From IMG/VR virus record IMGVR_UViG_3300011832_000025: a DNA stretch of 64,000 nucleotides. One strand, 5' to 3'. Positions 19,898 through 28,448 of the stretch are shown here, in pieces. The position numbers and the translations under genes are program-made. The notes under the pieces are model-generated. The model did no database searches. It saw only the letters and a list, made by a program, of their open reading frames with translations, and had not been told where the DNA came from. Within the stretch, counting starts at the first letter, position 1, and each line of letters begins with the position of its first letter. Origin of the DNA: a virus (Duplodnaviria; Caudoviricetes).

Positions 19898-20794
19898 TTA
19901 TATTTTGTGCCGGCGCAATGGGACAGATGTTGATAGATCTGAAAGGTTCTGGTGCAAACTGCGTTTTTCAATCAAAGCTTGTAAACGAGGATAGGATTGC
20001 GCCAACCTCCGCACCCGCTGACCGGATTTTGGGAACCACTGCTCCAGTTGTTCATCAGTAACCATGGCGTTCAAATTTTTCAGTACAGATGCGTGGCGGC
20101 ATGCGATTGATTTTTTAACAACAGCATACCCATCAAGTTTAGGTAAAATGTCAGAGTACAATTTCAAACCATCATCATACAACAGACCTTGTACGGTTTG
20201 ATATAAAACATCTTTAGCCATTTTTCGGTTTGTGGCCGCGCTTTTGCTCAATTCCTCCAATCCCTGCAGAAACGCCATAACAGAAACAATGGGTTGATCC
20301 TGGTGTCCATTGTGGCGCATTTCCTCTTCCATTTCCATAAAAACGTAATACATGCGTTCAATTTCGTGAGGGGGCCAATGCTCTTTGGGGCCTTTCAATA
20401 AATTGCAAATCAAACGACACCGGGCTGTATTGGGTTGTGAAGCATGGAGAAAATATTGCACCAAATCGGTTACGTGACGGGCTTCAATCAATGTGGGGGG
20501 TAAAGCGGTGTACAAAGCTAAGGCCGCCCCCATAATGTCTTGATCATGCTTCCACAAATCCCATCGCGAAAAAGTATCGTGATGACACAGCATTGAAAAC
20601 ATATCATAAGCGGTGTCGTTCTGGGAATCATCCAGAGGGTATCGAAGCGCTGAAATAATCTCACCGCATAGTGCGACAATGTTTTCTTTTTTGAGTGCCA
20701 AATCATTTTTGGAATGAGAAGCGTTCATCATTTGCTTTATGAGTTGAGCACGCAGCGAAGAAAGCGCAGTGTTGGGCACGGATGGAGTAGACAT
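19898..20794 (-). CDS. hypothetical protein (RRHKI tail)
   Basis: 298-aa ORF. Confidence 0.8.
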   Translation of the reverse strand: MSTPSVPNTALSSLRAQLIKQMMNASHSKNDLALKKENIVALCGEIISALRYPLDDSQNDTAYDMFSMLCHHDTFSRWDLWKHDQDIMGAALALYTALPPTLIEARHVTDLVQYFLHASQPNTARCRLICNLLKGPKEHWPPHEIERMYYVFMEMEEEMRHNGHQDQPIVSVMAFLQGLEELSKSAATNRKMAKDVLYQTVQGLLYDDGLKLYSDILPKLDGYAVVKKSIACRHASVLKNLNAMVTDEQLEQWFPKSGQRVRRLAQSYPRLQALIEKRSLHQNLSDLSTSVPLRRHKI

Positions 20795-20795
20795 G

Positions 20796-20830
20796 GCTCT
20801 TTCAGCTCTTTCAGCTCTTTCAGCTCTTTC
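20796..20830. repeat. 9-bp tandem repeat (GCTCTTTCA x~4) over the RBS region of the 20794 gene
   Basis: Directly visible in the sequence. Confidence 0.9.
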
Positions 20831-20911
20831 GAATAGATTTTAATCAGTATACCACGTCAAGGGAAATGTTAAACACACAAGTAATAGGTGTTTTTTTCCA
20901 CCAAAAAGACC

Positions 20912-20941
20912 TTGACAATCACGGGATGAATAACGTATTCT
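20912..20941 (+). promoter_or_regulatory. sigma70-type promoter
   Basis: TTGACA-N18-TATTCT; the ATG at 20948 sits at the predicted start site. Confidence 0.6.
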
Positions 20942-20947
20942 TTTGAT

Positions 20948-21050
20948 ATGAATACTCTCCCCGCCACGCATCGAGTTCACCACCAACGCCATCGGCGTTA
21001 ATCGTGCGTGCCTGTATTTTGTATTTTTCAGGCCGCCACGCGGCCTTTTT
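20948..21050 (+). promoter_or_regulatory. His-type transcription attenuator: leader peptide MNTLPATHRVHHQRHRR (20948-21001) plus terminator
   Basis: 4 His and 4 Arg codons; CACGCA/TGCGTG, GCCTG/CAGGC and AGGCCGC/GCGGCCT-TTTT alternative hairpins; upstream of the alkB-like gene and hisS. Confidence 0.7.
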
Positions 21051-21082
21051 GCTGTCTGGCGGTCCCCTCTAAGGATCTCATC

Positions 21083-21664
21083 ATGACCTTTTTTAAACGT
21101 GACAACGCCGTCAACACCGCCTTGCCTATTGCGTTGTACCCCAGCAATTTGGACGCGAAAACCGTTGCGGAAATGGCCAACAGCGCGTGGACGGATTTTC
21201 CTTGGGAACGCCGCGAGGCGCCCCGTCGCGAGTGCTTCTATTCAACCTTGGGGAAATCGTACACCTACGGTTCGGGGCGCGGGGAACGCACCTACAATCC
21301 AGTTCCGTATTCTCCCATGGTGGAATATTGGACCAAAGAAGTGGAAGCGTTTTTAAACACCTCCTTCGAGTTGTGTTTTGCCAACGGGTACGAGAGCGAA
21401 AAAGAACACTTGGGGTGGCACGCCGACGACAGTCCGGAAGTGGACGACGCCCGCCCCATCGCCGTGTTGAGTTTGGGCGCGGAACGTGAAATTTGGGTGC
21501 GCCCCCGCGGTGGAGATTTCTCCACGGTTGAAAAGTTTGTATTGCCCAGCGGATCACTGTTCATCATGAACGCCGGCATGCAAGACACCCACGACCACAG
21601 GATCCCCAAAGCGGATCGCGTTTGTGGTTACAGGGTGAGTTTGACCTGGAGAGGGGCGGCGTGA
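21083..21664 (+). CDS. AlkB-family 2OG-Fe(II) dioxygenase
   Basis: N.Y...GWHADD...SLGA.R...H.IPK...RVSLTWR motifs. Confidence 0.9.
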   Translation: MTFFKRDNAVNTALPIALYPSNLDAKTVAEMANSAWTDFPWERREAPRRECFYSTLGKSYTYGSGRGERTYNPVPYSPMVEYWTKEVEAFLNTSFELCFANGYESEKEHLGWHADDSPEVDDARPIAVLSLGAEREIWVRPRGGDFSTVEKFVLPSGSLFIMNAGMQDTHDHRIPKADRVCGYRVSLTWRGAA

Positions 21665-22210
21665 GCTGCTCCAATCCGAAATTTATAATTCAATCAATAT
21701 AGGAGAACTGTTATGCTTCGTGGAACCCGTATGCTGTTGGGCACTGACGCCACCCGTTTAAACGATTTGTCAATCTCGTTGCGGAGCTCACTTCATCAAT
21801 GAAGGGCTGCAAGAATTGATTGTTCCCGCTATTTGGGAAAGCCAAACCTTTCTCAATAAGTTAGGCAAAGAAAAAGAAAATCAAATGTGGACCTTCACCG
21901 ATAAGGGCAACCGTGCGTGTTGTTTGGTTCCAGAAATTACAGGCATTGTGCAAGAAACCTGGCGCAACGAATGGTCCAAACAAATGAAAGGGTTATCGTT
22001 GTTTTACATCGCCCGGTGTTACCGCTACGACCGCCCTCAAGCCGGGCGTTACCGCGAATTCACCCAAGTTGGGGTGGAACTGTTGGGTAATCAGGCTAAT
22101 CCTATTCGCGCCTTGGAGATGCTTGAAACGGTGGTTCAACAATATTGCCCTCATTGGTCATTTCCATTCGTTCTCAATTGAGTGATCCATTCACACAATC
22201 CAGAACGTTT

Positions 22211-23872
22211 TTAACCACTTTGAACAAGTGGAGAGATGGTTTTATGTAAAGACTTGGGTGTTGTTGTACGTTTTTTCGGTTTAATGGGGTTTGCCGAAAA
22301 TACAACGCCCTGCCTTCCTCTCACGACCGACCCGGCCGCCAGACAATCGCTGTTGTTCTGTTGGAAGAAATCGCTGTTGTTCTGTTGGAAGAATTCTTCC
22401 AACAGCCGCCAGCCCTCCTGCCAGAGGTTAAAAGCTGCAGTATTGTCGCGAACATGGCTTGTATTGCAGGCGGTGCACACCCACGCGCGATCTTTGAGCA
22501 ATAAATGTTTGTTTTTTTCATGGCAAGCGGTGTTGGAACACCGCTTGCTCGAGGGAAACCATTTGTCCACGAAAATCAACGAACGGTTGTACCACGCGCA
22601 TTTGTATTTCAACTGTTCAATAATTTTGCCCATGCAAGATTCGTGCATTCTGCGCCGGAAACCCCGGCTGAGCGCTTTGGCCATGCCGTACAGCATCAAT
22701 GTTTCCACAACAATGGTGTGGTTTTCCTGCACCAGTTTGGTGGTGAACTTGTGAATGGCGTCGGTTTTGCGGAACAGTTCGTGCAAATCCAACACCGCGA
22801 TATGGTCTTGCAGTTTTTCCATGTTGCGGGTGTTTTTCTTTACGCCTTTCTTACTTAAGAGAGCCGTGGCGTTTTTCGGCCAGGCGCCATTGGCGTCGCG
22901 CACAATTCCATTGGATATGTAAAGTTGTTCTTGTTTACGAGAATACGCGCGTTGGTATTTGGTTTTGCGTTGCTCATGGTGTTCGTTGGAACGCAAAACC
23001 TCTTGGTTGAACAACGAGAAGGTTGTTACACCATCGCTTGTGGCCACCGCCCCGGACACCACCGACAAATCCAAAGCACCCACGCCCTTTCTCTCGGAAT
23101 TAAGAATGGTGTCCGTAGGGTCATCGGGGTACTCGATGAACTTGTGCGCTTTACGCTTGATCAAAGAGTGTTCCACATTGATCACGGACAACGAAATCAA
23201 CCACACGTTTCCTTTGCGTTTCACGGTCATGGAGGAGAGATCCCCAACCACCTCTTCGGTCAGAACAACCTTAACCGGACCCAATCCTGGAATGGATACC
23301 GTTTGGTTGTTCGCATCAATCGGGTGTTTGTGGCGGGGATCCACTTGAAAGGTGGCCCGTTCGTTTTTGCCCAAACGTTTGCGAAACACCGGTTGTCCCG
23401 GATCGTCGGAGCGTTTGCCCGCAACCCCGTCGTAAAAATTGGACCAGGCGGTTCCCAAGTGACGTAAGGAATTGGTTAAAACCGTGCGTGGGCACTTCTT
23501 CAGAAACGCCATATTGGTTTGATCAGCATGGACTTCAAAACCGTCCTGAGAATGCTGTTTGATCACTTGGGTGAGAGTGTTGGACAACACGTTGACCGTT
23601 AATGTTTTGGGGGAAGAGATTTCTTTACCCAAAACATCTTGATCTACAGTCTCAGGCTTTTCGTTGTCTGAAGGAGCAACATTACCTGTGCTATTTTTCC
23701 GTGATATTTCGTAGTGGTTTTGCTGAGACAACGCCCAATTCCAGACAAACCGCCCACACCCAATCCATTGCCGTAACAAAGCAGCTTGCTCCACCGTGGG
23801 ACACAGTCGAAACTGCTGTCCTTTGCACAGCAGTTCTTTGTTGCGTCGTTGGGATTTGCTTATGGTTGTCAT
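22211..23872 (-). CDS. tnpB: RNA-guided endonuclease TnpB (553 aa)
   Basis: HTH_OrfB-like FRLCPT..Q...RFVWN; RuvC-I ALDLS; RuvC-II VVETL; zinc finger CSNTAC...CTAC; RuvC-III RDNTAAFNL. Confidence 0.92.
   Translation of the reverse strand: MTTISKSQRRNKELLCKGQQFRLCPTVEQAALLRQWIGCGRFVWNWALSQQNHYEISRKNSTGNVAPSDNEKPETVDQDVLGKEISSPKTLTVNVLSNTLTQVIKQHSQDGFEVHADQTNMAFLKKCPRTVLTNSLRHLGTAWSNFYDGVAGKRSDDPGQPVFRKRLGKNERATFQVDPRHKHPIDANNQTVSIPGLGPVKVVLTEEVVGDLSSMTVKRKGNVWLISLSVINVEHSLIKRKAHKFIEYPDDPTDTILNSERKGVGALDLSVVSGAVATSDGVTTFSLFNQEVLRSNEHHEQRKTKYQRAYSRKQEQLYISNGIVRDANGAWPKNATALLSKKGVKKNTRNMEKLQDHIAVLDLHELFRKTDAIHKFTTKLVQENHTIVVETLMLYGMAKALSRGFRRRMHESCMGKIIEQLKYKCAWYNRSLIFVDKWFPSSKRCSNTACHEKNKHLLLKDRAWVCTACNTSHVRDNTAAFNLWQEGWRLLEEFFQQNNSDFFQQNNSDCLAAGSVVRGRQGVVFSANPIKPKKRTTTPKSLHKTISPLVQSG
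22345..22392. repeat. 24-bp in-frame tandem duplication in the tnpB 3' end (FFQQNNSD x2)
   Basis: AATCGCTGTTGTTCTGTTGGAAGA occurs twice in tandem. Confidence 0.95.
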
Positions 23873-24313
23873 GCACAGATATTACGCAAAAATGCATCAA
23901 ACATCAAGAATTTCTGTTCACAAAGTGGTTAAAAACCGTGGAAATGGAGCTTTGTTTGCATTTCATAAAAAAATGGATCAAAAATTTTTTATGAAAACGG
24001 AAACGCCTGGATAAAACCCATCTGTTTCCTTGGGCCCAGCACGTCCATGTGCTGTACAATGCAAACCAAAGCCAATGTCCAACGTGGGTTAAGTTATTAT
24101 GTGGAGAACGGGTTTGAGGTGGAAGCCTCCTGGTTGGGGGCGCAAAAACAAGTGGCCGGCGGTGGGGCTTACGCCGAAGGGGTCGGCTGGGCCATTGGCT
24201 TGGATCGGTTGGATTTGGCCCGGCAAACCCAAAAAACATGTTGAGGTTGGATCCCCAAACCCTTGTGTTTCCGCTAAACCTCGTTAGTATTAACATTTAT
24301 CCTAGGAATACCC

Positions 24314-24733
24314 ATGATTATTTTGGCCGGAATTGTAGCGGCATTGTTGGTTTGTTGTGGTATAGGATATAAGTTAAAAACATCATATGATTTAAAACAT
24401 GCTCTGAAACGATCGGGGGCTTGTGATTTACCTATTGTTAAGACCAGTCGTTACCAATCAAGTCTTTTTAGGCTGGCCGGCGGAAAATGTTTTGATGGCG
24501 TACATGTGCGGACGGTGGCTCAGTTGATTTTCGAAACGCACAATAGCGATGATAAGGCGGTTCGTGTAGAAATACAGGGTCACACTGTGGGGTATTTATC
24601 TGCACTCAATGCCCAACTGTTTCGAGTTAAACACCGAAAAGGGGGGTCATGTCCAGCCTTGATCATGGGGGGTTGGCAAAGAGATCGAGAACAAGGGGAC
24701 TTTACTGTATATCTGGATTTTGATCTTCACTAA
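24314..24733 (+). CDS. membrane-anchored HIRAN-like domain protein
   Basis: N-terminal TM; DDKAVRVEIQGHTVGYLS...CPALIMGG. Confidence 0.65.
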   Translation: MIILAGIVAALLVCCGIGYKLKTSYDLKHALKRSGACDLPIVKTSRYQSSLFRLAGGKCFDGVHVRTVAQLIFETHNSDDKAVRVEIQGHTVGYLSALNAQLFRVKHRKGGSCPALIMGGWQRDREQGDFTVYLDFDLH

Positions 24734-24840
24734 AGACAAGAGAAACCGCCTGAAAAAAAACTGAATGAATACCAAAACGGGGATTGTTAAAAACTCAGTA
24801 TTATGGAATTTTTAATTTTTTATGTTAAAAGGTGATCGAC

Positions 24841-25263
24841 ATGAAGTCTTTTGTATCTTCTGCTGTTGTATGGGGGTTGGCAATAATCGGGGGAGGATGG
24901 ATTATTGCTAATGGAGTTGAATGGGGTGTTTCTTCTGCCCACGCTACGGAAAAAATCACATCGTGCCCAACGTCTTATTCCAAAGGATCGTGTGCGCTGA
25001 TTGAAGCAAACAACGCGATGCACCAAAATATGGCGATTTCTTGGAGCGGCGATGTGGATGTGGACTTTATGCGCTCGATGATCCCCCACCACCAAGGAGC
25101 GGTGGATATGGCCAATGTGGTGTTGCAACACGGCAAAGATCCCCAAGTGCGGGCGTTAGCTCAAGAGGTGATCCGGGCCCAAACCACAGAAATTGCGCAA
25201 ATGGAAGCTTGGTTGGCTCAACACCCAGCGCCTCAACTCCAACCGGCGCACGCGCACCATTAA
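24841..25263 (+). CDS. DUF305 / CopM-like metal-binding exported protein
   Basis: [22 protein letters not shown]...AQ..EIAQM. Confidence 0.9.
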   Translation: MKSFVSSAVVWGLAIIGGGWIIANGVEWGVSSAHATEKITSCPTSYSKGSCALIEANNAMHQNMAISWSGDVDVDFMRSMIPHHQGAVDMANVVLQHGKDPQVRALAQEVIRAQTTEIAQMEAWLAQHPAPQLQPAHAHH

Positions 25264-25339
25264 GGCCCCCGTTCACATTGGTTTTTAATAGGGTTGTGGG
25301 AAGAATATAAAAAAACGGGAGGTTTTCCTCCCGTTTGTC

Positions 25340-25819
25340 TTATTTGAGTTTGTGTTTGCGTTGAGGCATTGGGAAAGCTGCTTGGAACGTGTTGAAGATG
25401 TCTTCCCGCCCCAAGTTCTCCAGTTCAGGGATAATGGAAAGAATTTTGGTTTTAAAATCCGCCACGCTCAACTCTTTGCTCATGTAAAAATGATCCGTCG
25501 AAGAACTGGAAGTTTTGAGCGAAACGCTCACCCGCTGGTTTTCGGCTTCCCGATCGATATACCAGAAGTGCAAACCAATCGAATACTTGGCGTGTTTGGT
25601 CTTGCCTTGAAACAGTTTTAGGAAATCACTGCTCACTTCTTTTTTAACAATTGTATATCCGGCTGCTTCTTCCGGGAAAGTATTATGATACTCATCGTCC
25701 ACGATTTGAACAAATTTAACGCGGGGTTTGGCTTTGTTCAAATTGCTTTCTTTGAAATGCGCCGCCATTACGTCTGACAATTGGTCCAGCTGAGGTTTAA
25801 GATGGGTCATGGGTGTCAT
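25340..25819 (-). CDS. hypothetical protein
   Basis: ORF ends PQRKHKLK; terminator hairpin at 25311-25336. Confidence 0.7.
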   Translation of the reverse strand: MTPMTHLKPQLDQLSDVMAAHFKESNLNKAKPRVKFVQIVDDEYHNTFPEEAAGYTIVKKEVSSDFLKLFQGKTKHAKYSIGLHFWYIDREAENQRVSVSLKTSSSSTDHFYMSKELSVADFKTKILSIIPELENLGREDIFNTFQAAFPMPQRKHKLK

Positions 25820-25951
25820 TGGAGGGTTTCCAAAAAAGAAAGGACTTCGCTCATGATATACTATTTGCAAACAACCGCAAAAAGGGTTGTCTGGGGGAAG
25901 TTAACCCCCGCCCAGTTTTGTGGAGAGGAGAGGAAATAAGGCGGATTGATC

Positions 25952-25980
25952 TTGACGGGTTAAGGTGGGGGCTGTATAGT
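25952..25980 (+). promoter_or_regulatory. strong sigma70 promoter
   Basis: TTGACG-N17-TATAGT. Confidence 0.75.
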
Positions 25981-25986
25981 GTGGCT

Positions 25987-26078
25987 GTTGAGGTGGTCCT
26001 TCCGTAAGGCGGACAGACTGGGGAAACCGGTGATATCACACCTCAATGTTTTTAGAGCGTTTCGGCGCTCTTATTTTT
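25987..26078 (+). ncRNA. candidate small RNA with its own terminator
   Basis: Closing stem GTTGAGGTG/CACCTCAAT with two internal hairpins, then AGAGCG-tttcgg-CGCTCT-TATTTTT. Confidence 0.6.
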
Positions 26079-26106
26079 GAGCAAAACCGCGCGCAAGCGC
26101 ATGTAT

Positions 26107-26216
26107 TATTGTCTGGCTCAGTTAAGCCTCATTGCAAGCTCAAAACATATGGTCTGTTTGGGTTGTCTTTAACAGATTGTGCGCAATGGTCGGTGCAACC
26201 CCGACGGGAATAACCA
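26107..26216 (+). ncRNA. tRNA-like RNA with an enlarged anticodon arm
   Basis: Acceptor TATTGTC/GGGAATA (6/7 pairs), TG-GCTCAG D-arm start, T-arm GTCGG-TGCAACC-CCGAC, discriminator A and encoded CCA. Confidence 0.55.
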
Positions 26217-26286
26217 ACGAACCACCGCCGCGCAGTACACCAAAAACCAATCTGTGTGGATTGGTGGTTTTGATAGGAGTTGTGTT

Positions 26287-26538
26287 ATGAAAAGCGTCAA
26301 AGAACTTGTGGCCAACAACAAAATGGTGAACTTCCAGTTTTATCGGAAAGGAGAACTGTGGTACGCAACCGATTGCGGGTTCGAGTTTCCTGTGCCGGTG
26401 GAGGACACGGGGGATGGGGTGTTCAACGCTTCGGACCGCGCCATGCTGTTTATGCGCTACATCCGCAAGCAGCTGCAAGCCATTGAAGAGGGGCGGCAAG
26501 AAAGCGCCGCCATGAGCGCTGGGGTGAAATCTCCCTGA
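26287..26538 (+). CDS. small hypothetical protein of a phage-like type
   Basis: AGGAG RBS; FYRKGELWY...FEFPVPVEDTGDG.F....A..FMRYIRK. Confidence 0.8.
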   Translation: MKSVKELVANNKMVNFQFYRKGELWYATDCGFEFPVPVEDTGDGVFNASDRAMLFMRYIRKQLQAIEEGRQESAAMSAGVKSP

Positions 26539-26542
26539 ACAC

Positions 26543-26567
26543 AAACCCCGCTTCGGCGGGGTTTTTT
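26543..26567 (+). terminator. intrinsic terminator
   Basis: AAACCCCGC-ttcg-GCGGGGTTTTTT. Confidence 0.9.
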
Positions 26568-26774
26568 CATTTTCGCTTGCATTGGTCTTCCGTTTTAATT
26601 AAACTGGTCTCGTGGCCCTTTGGTCACACGCCTTGGGTCGTTCCAGACCCCCTTCTTCCCCACTCTCCTTTACCCCCGCAAGAAGCGGGCGTTTGCACGG
26701 GCTTGCCGTTTTGGGAACACACAACGGCCGCAAACACGGTAATGCGCATCAGAATGCCGCCCCAGGAGGTGTCA

Positions 26775-27287
26775 ATGAATACGATCAATCACATGCCCTT
26801 TGAACTGTGTTTGGGCCACACACAATCCAGCCGCCACCCCTCTGTCAAACCCTATTTGCTGCCCAATCATTACCCTGTCGATGTGTTTAATCCTTCGGTG
26901 GTGAACGCCAGCGTGCACCACGCAAAAGAATGTATTGCGCAAAACTCAGGTCCGATTTGGTGGGTGGGAGAGCGCAAATGGGAGAAAATCCTGCAAGAGT
27001 TTCACACCCACACCGGAGAGTTTGTGGTGGCAGATCGTTGGCCCGCGGGAATGCTGACCAATTTTGCTGTGCACAACGCCACCCGCAACCTTCAATTTCC
27101 ATCGCTTTTGGTTGTGCTGTCCGTTCACCGAAGCGAAAACCTGGTGAAAGAGGCAAAAAAGGTTGGGGTTCCAGTGGTGGGAATTGTGGACACCAACGCC
27201 AATGTTAACAGTGTGGATGTTTGTGTGTTTGCCAACGACGATGGGTTGGCCACGACCCAATGGTTGCTTCAAAACTTGCGCTCGTAA
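26775..27287 (+). CDS. rpsB: divergent short ribosomal protein uS2 paralog
   Basis: GH....HPSVKPY, RWPAGMLTNF and EAKKVGVPVVGIVDTN...VD....ANDD; lacks the helical hairpin insert; AGGAGG RBS. Confidence 0.8.
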   Translation: MNTINHMPFELCLGHTQSSRHPSVKPYLLPNHYPVDVFNPSVVNASVHHAKECIAQNSGPIWWVGERKWEKILQEFHTHTGEFVVADRWPAGMLTNFAVHNATRNLQFPSLLVVLSVHRSENLVKEAKKVGVPVVGIVDTNANVNSVDVCVFANDDGLATTQWLLQNLRS

Positions 27288-27377
27288 AAACAAAAGCCCG
27301 GGAACACGCAATTCCCGGGCTTTTAGGCAAATGCACGCGGTTGTGATACAATGATGTAAATTTTGGCGGTTTTTCTT

Positions 27378-28214
27378 ATGAATCGATACAAACGCACCCC
27401 TATAATTCCACAGGATTTGCTGACAGCTCAACGTTTGTTCTCTGAAGGCAATTTCTCTGAGCTTACAACGTTTGCTTCGAAAAATGTAAACCTCTTGCAT
27501 CTTTTGGCGCTAAACAAGCGACACGCTATAATTAAAGCGGTTGAAGATGTGTATATTGCCAACGCTCACACCCTGGATGTGAATATTTTTGAACGGCTGT
27601 ATTTTAGTGACCAACCGCACAAAGAGATTATTAAAGCTGTTGCGCCCCATAACCCCGAGGTGGCCTTTAAAATTTTTGCGCGTTTGCTTTTTCCCAATAA
27701 ATTTCCCTGCGGCTATTTTGAAAGTGTTTCAAACACCCCCGACCCCGACCCACAGATGGAAGAATTTTTGCGGCCCTATCTTGTGGACCGCTTGCCGTTC
27801 TTAATTGAAGGGTGTGGCGGGGCGGTCTGCGGGGTCGTCCCATTGCACCAAGACTGGAATGAGGATATGTGGGACACAATACGGGAACTCGATTTGCAAG
27901 CTGCTCAGAAGGCTGTCACGTTATGCCCTTATACGACTCAATCGTACAATTTTGAATTGGGGTTGCAAAAGGCCGTGCTGTACGCAGATTATGTGTCGAT
28001 AAACATATTGTTTTCAGTATCAACCCACAGTTTTTTGACCCAATCTTTTGAAGAATGGGTCAACAAAATTGGCCATGTTCGGTGGGATGATGATTTTTTC
28101 AATCCGACCCAAGATGTGAAAGACGCGTGGGTGTACGCGCAATCCCTGTGTCAGAAAAACCGTATTGGGGCGGAAGTGGGGAAAACATTCAACGAAAAAA
28201 GGCGAAAATTATAA
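27378..28214 (+). CDS. hypothetical protein (RRKL tail)
   Basis: Ends QKNRIGAEV...KRRKL; extended -10 at 27343. Confidence 0.8.
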   Translation: MNRYKRTPIIPQDLLTAQRLFSEGNFSELTTFASKNVNLLHLLALNKRHAIIKAVEDVYIANAHTLDVNIFERLYFSDQPHKEIIKAVAPHNPEVAFKIFARLLFPNKFPCGYFESVSNTPDPDPQMEEFLRPYLVDRLPFLIEGCGGAVCGVVPLHQDWNEDMWDTIRELDLQAAQKAVTLCPYTTQSYNFELGLQKAVLYADYVSINILFSVSTHSFLTQSFEEWVNKIGHVRWDDDFFNPTQDVKDAWVYAQSLCQKNRIGAEVGKTFNEKRRKL

Positions 28215-28448
28215 TACTCATTGTCAGAGTGTATATTGGCTCTTTCGTTCACGCTCATTTGCGTCAAACAATCTTCTCTGGAAACCTAGGCCACAAATCT
28301 CTGCGGTGGGGAGTTTTTCAGGTGCTTGGGTCTATAAAGGTTTTTTTGCAATAAAGGGAAACTGTTATAGCCATGTTCATTCGACTGTGGTACAATTGTC
28401 TCATGCACACGAAAGTGTGTAAATTCGAAAAAAGGTGGTACCCAATCA

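Larger units (their letters stand above)
22158..24061 (-). mobile_element. IS200/IS605-superfamily tnpB-only element (IS1341-like) with structured, mutually pairing ends
   Basis: Removing it restores the hisS frame; no clear target-site duplication; no tnpA; boundaries ambiguous by about 1 nt. Confidence 0.85.
21713..24244 (+). pseudogene. hisS: minimal histidyl-tRNA synthetase (catalytic domain only, ~208 aa), with a +1 frameshift near 21785 and the TnpB element inserted
   Basis: MLRGTR start with AGGAG RBS; motif 2 YRYDRPQAGRYREFTQVGVE; after the insertion RGLSYY, GGGAY and motif 3 GWAIGLDRL; joining 22157 to 24062 gives QQYCPHW|QTKANVQRG in frame. Confidence 0.85.

Noticed and set aside
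22158-24061. IStron (group I intron plus TnpB) that would splice out of hisS mRNA
   Set aside because: The structured strand and tnpB are antisense to hisS, and I could not find ordered group I P7/R-S motifs.
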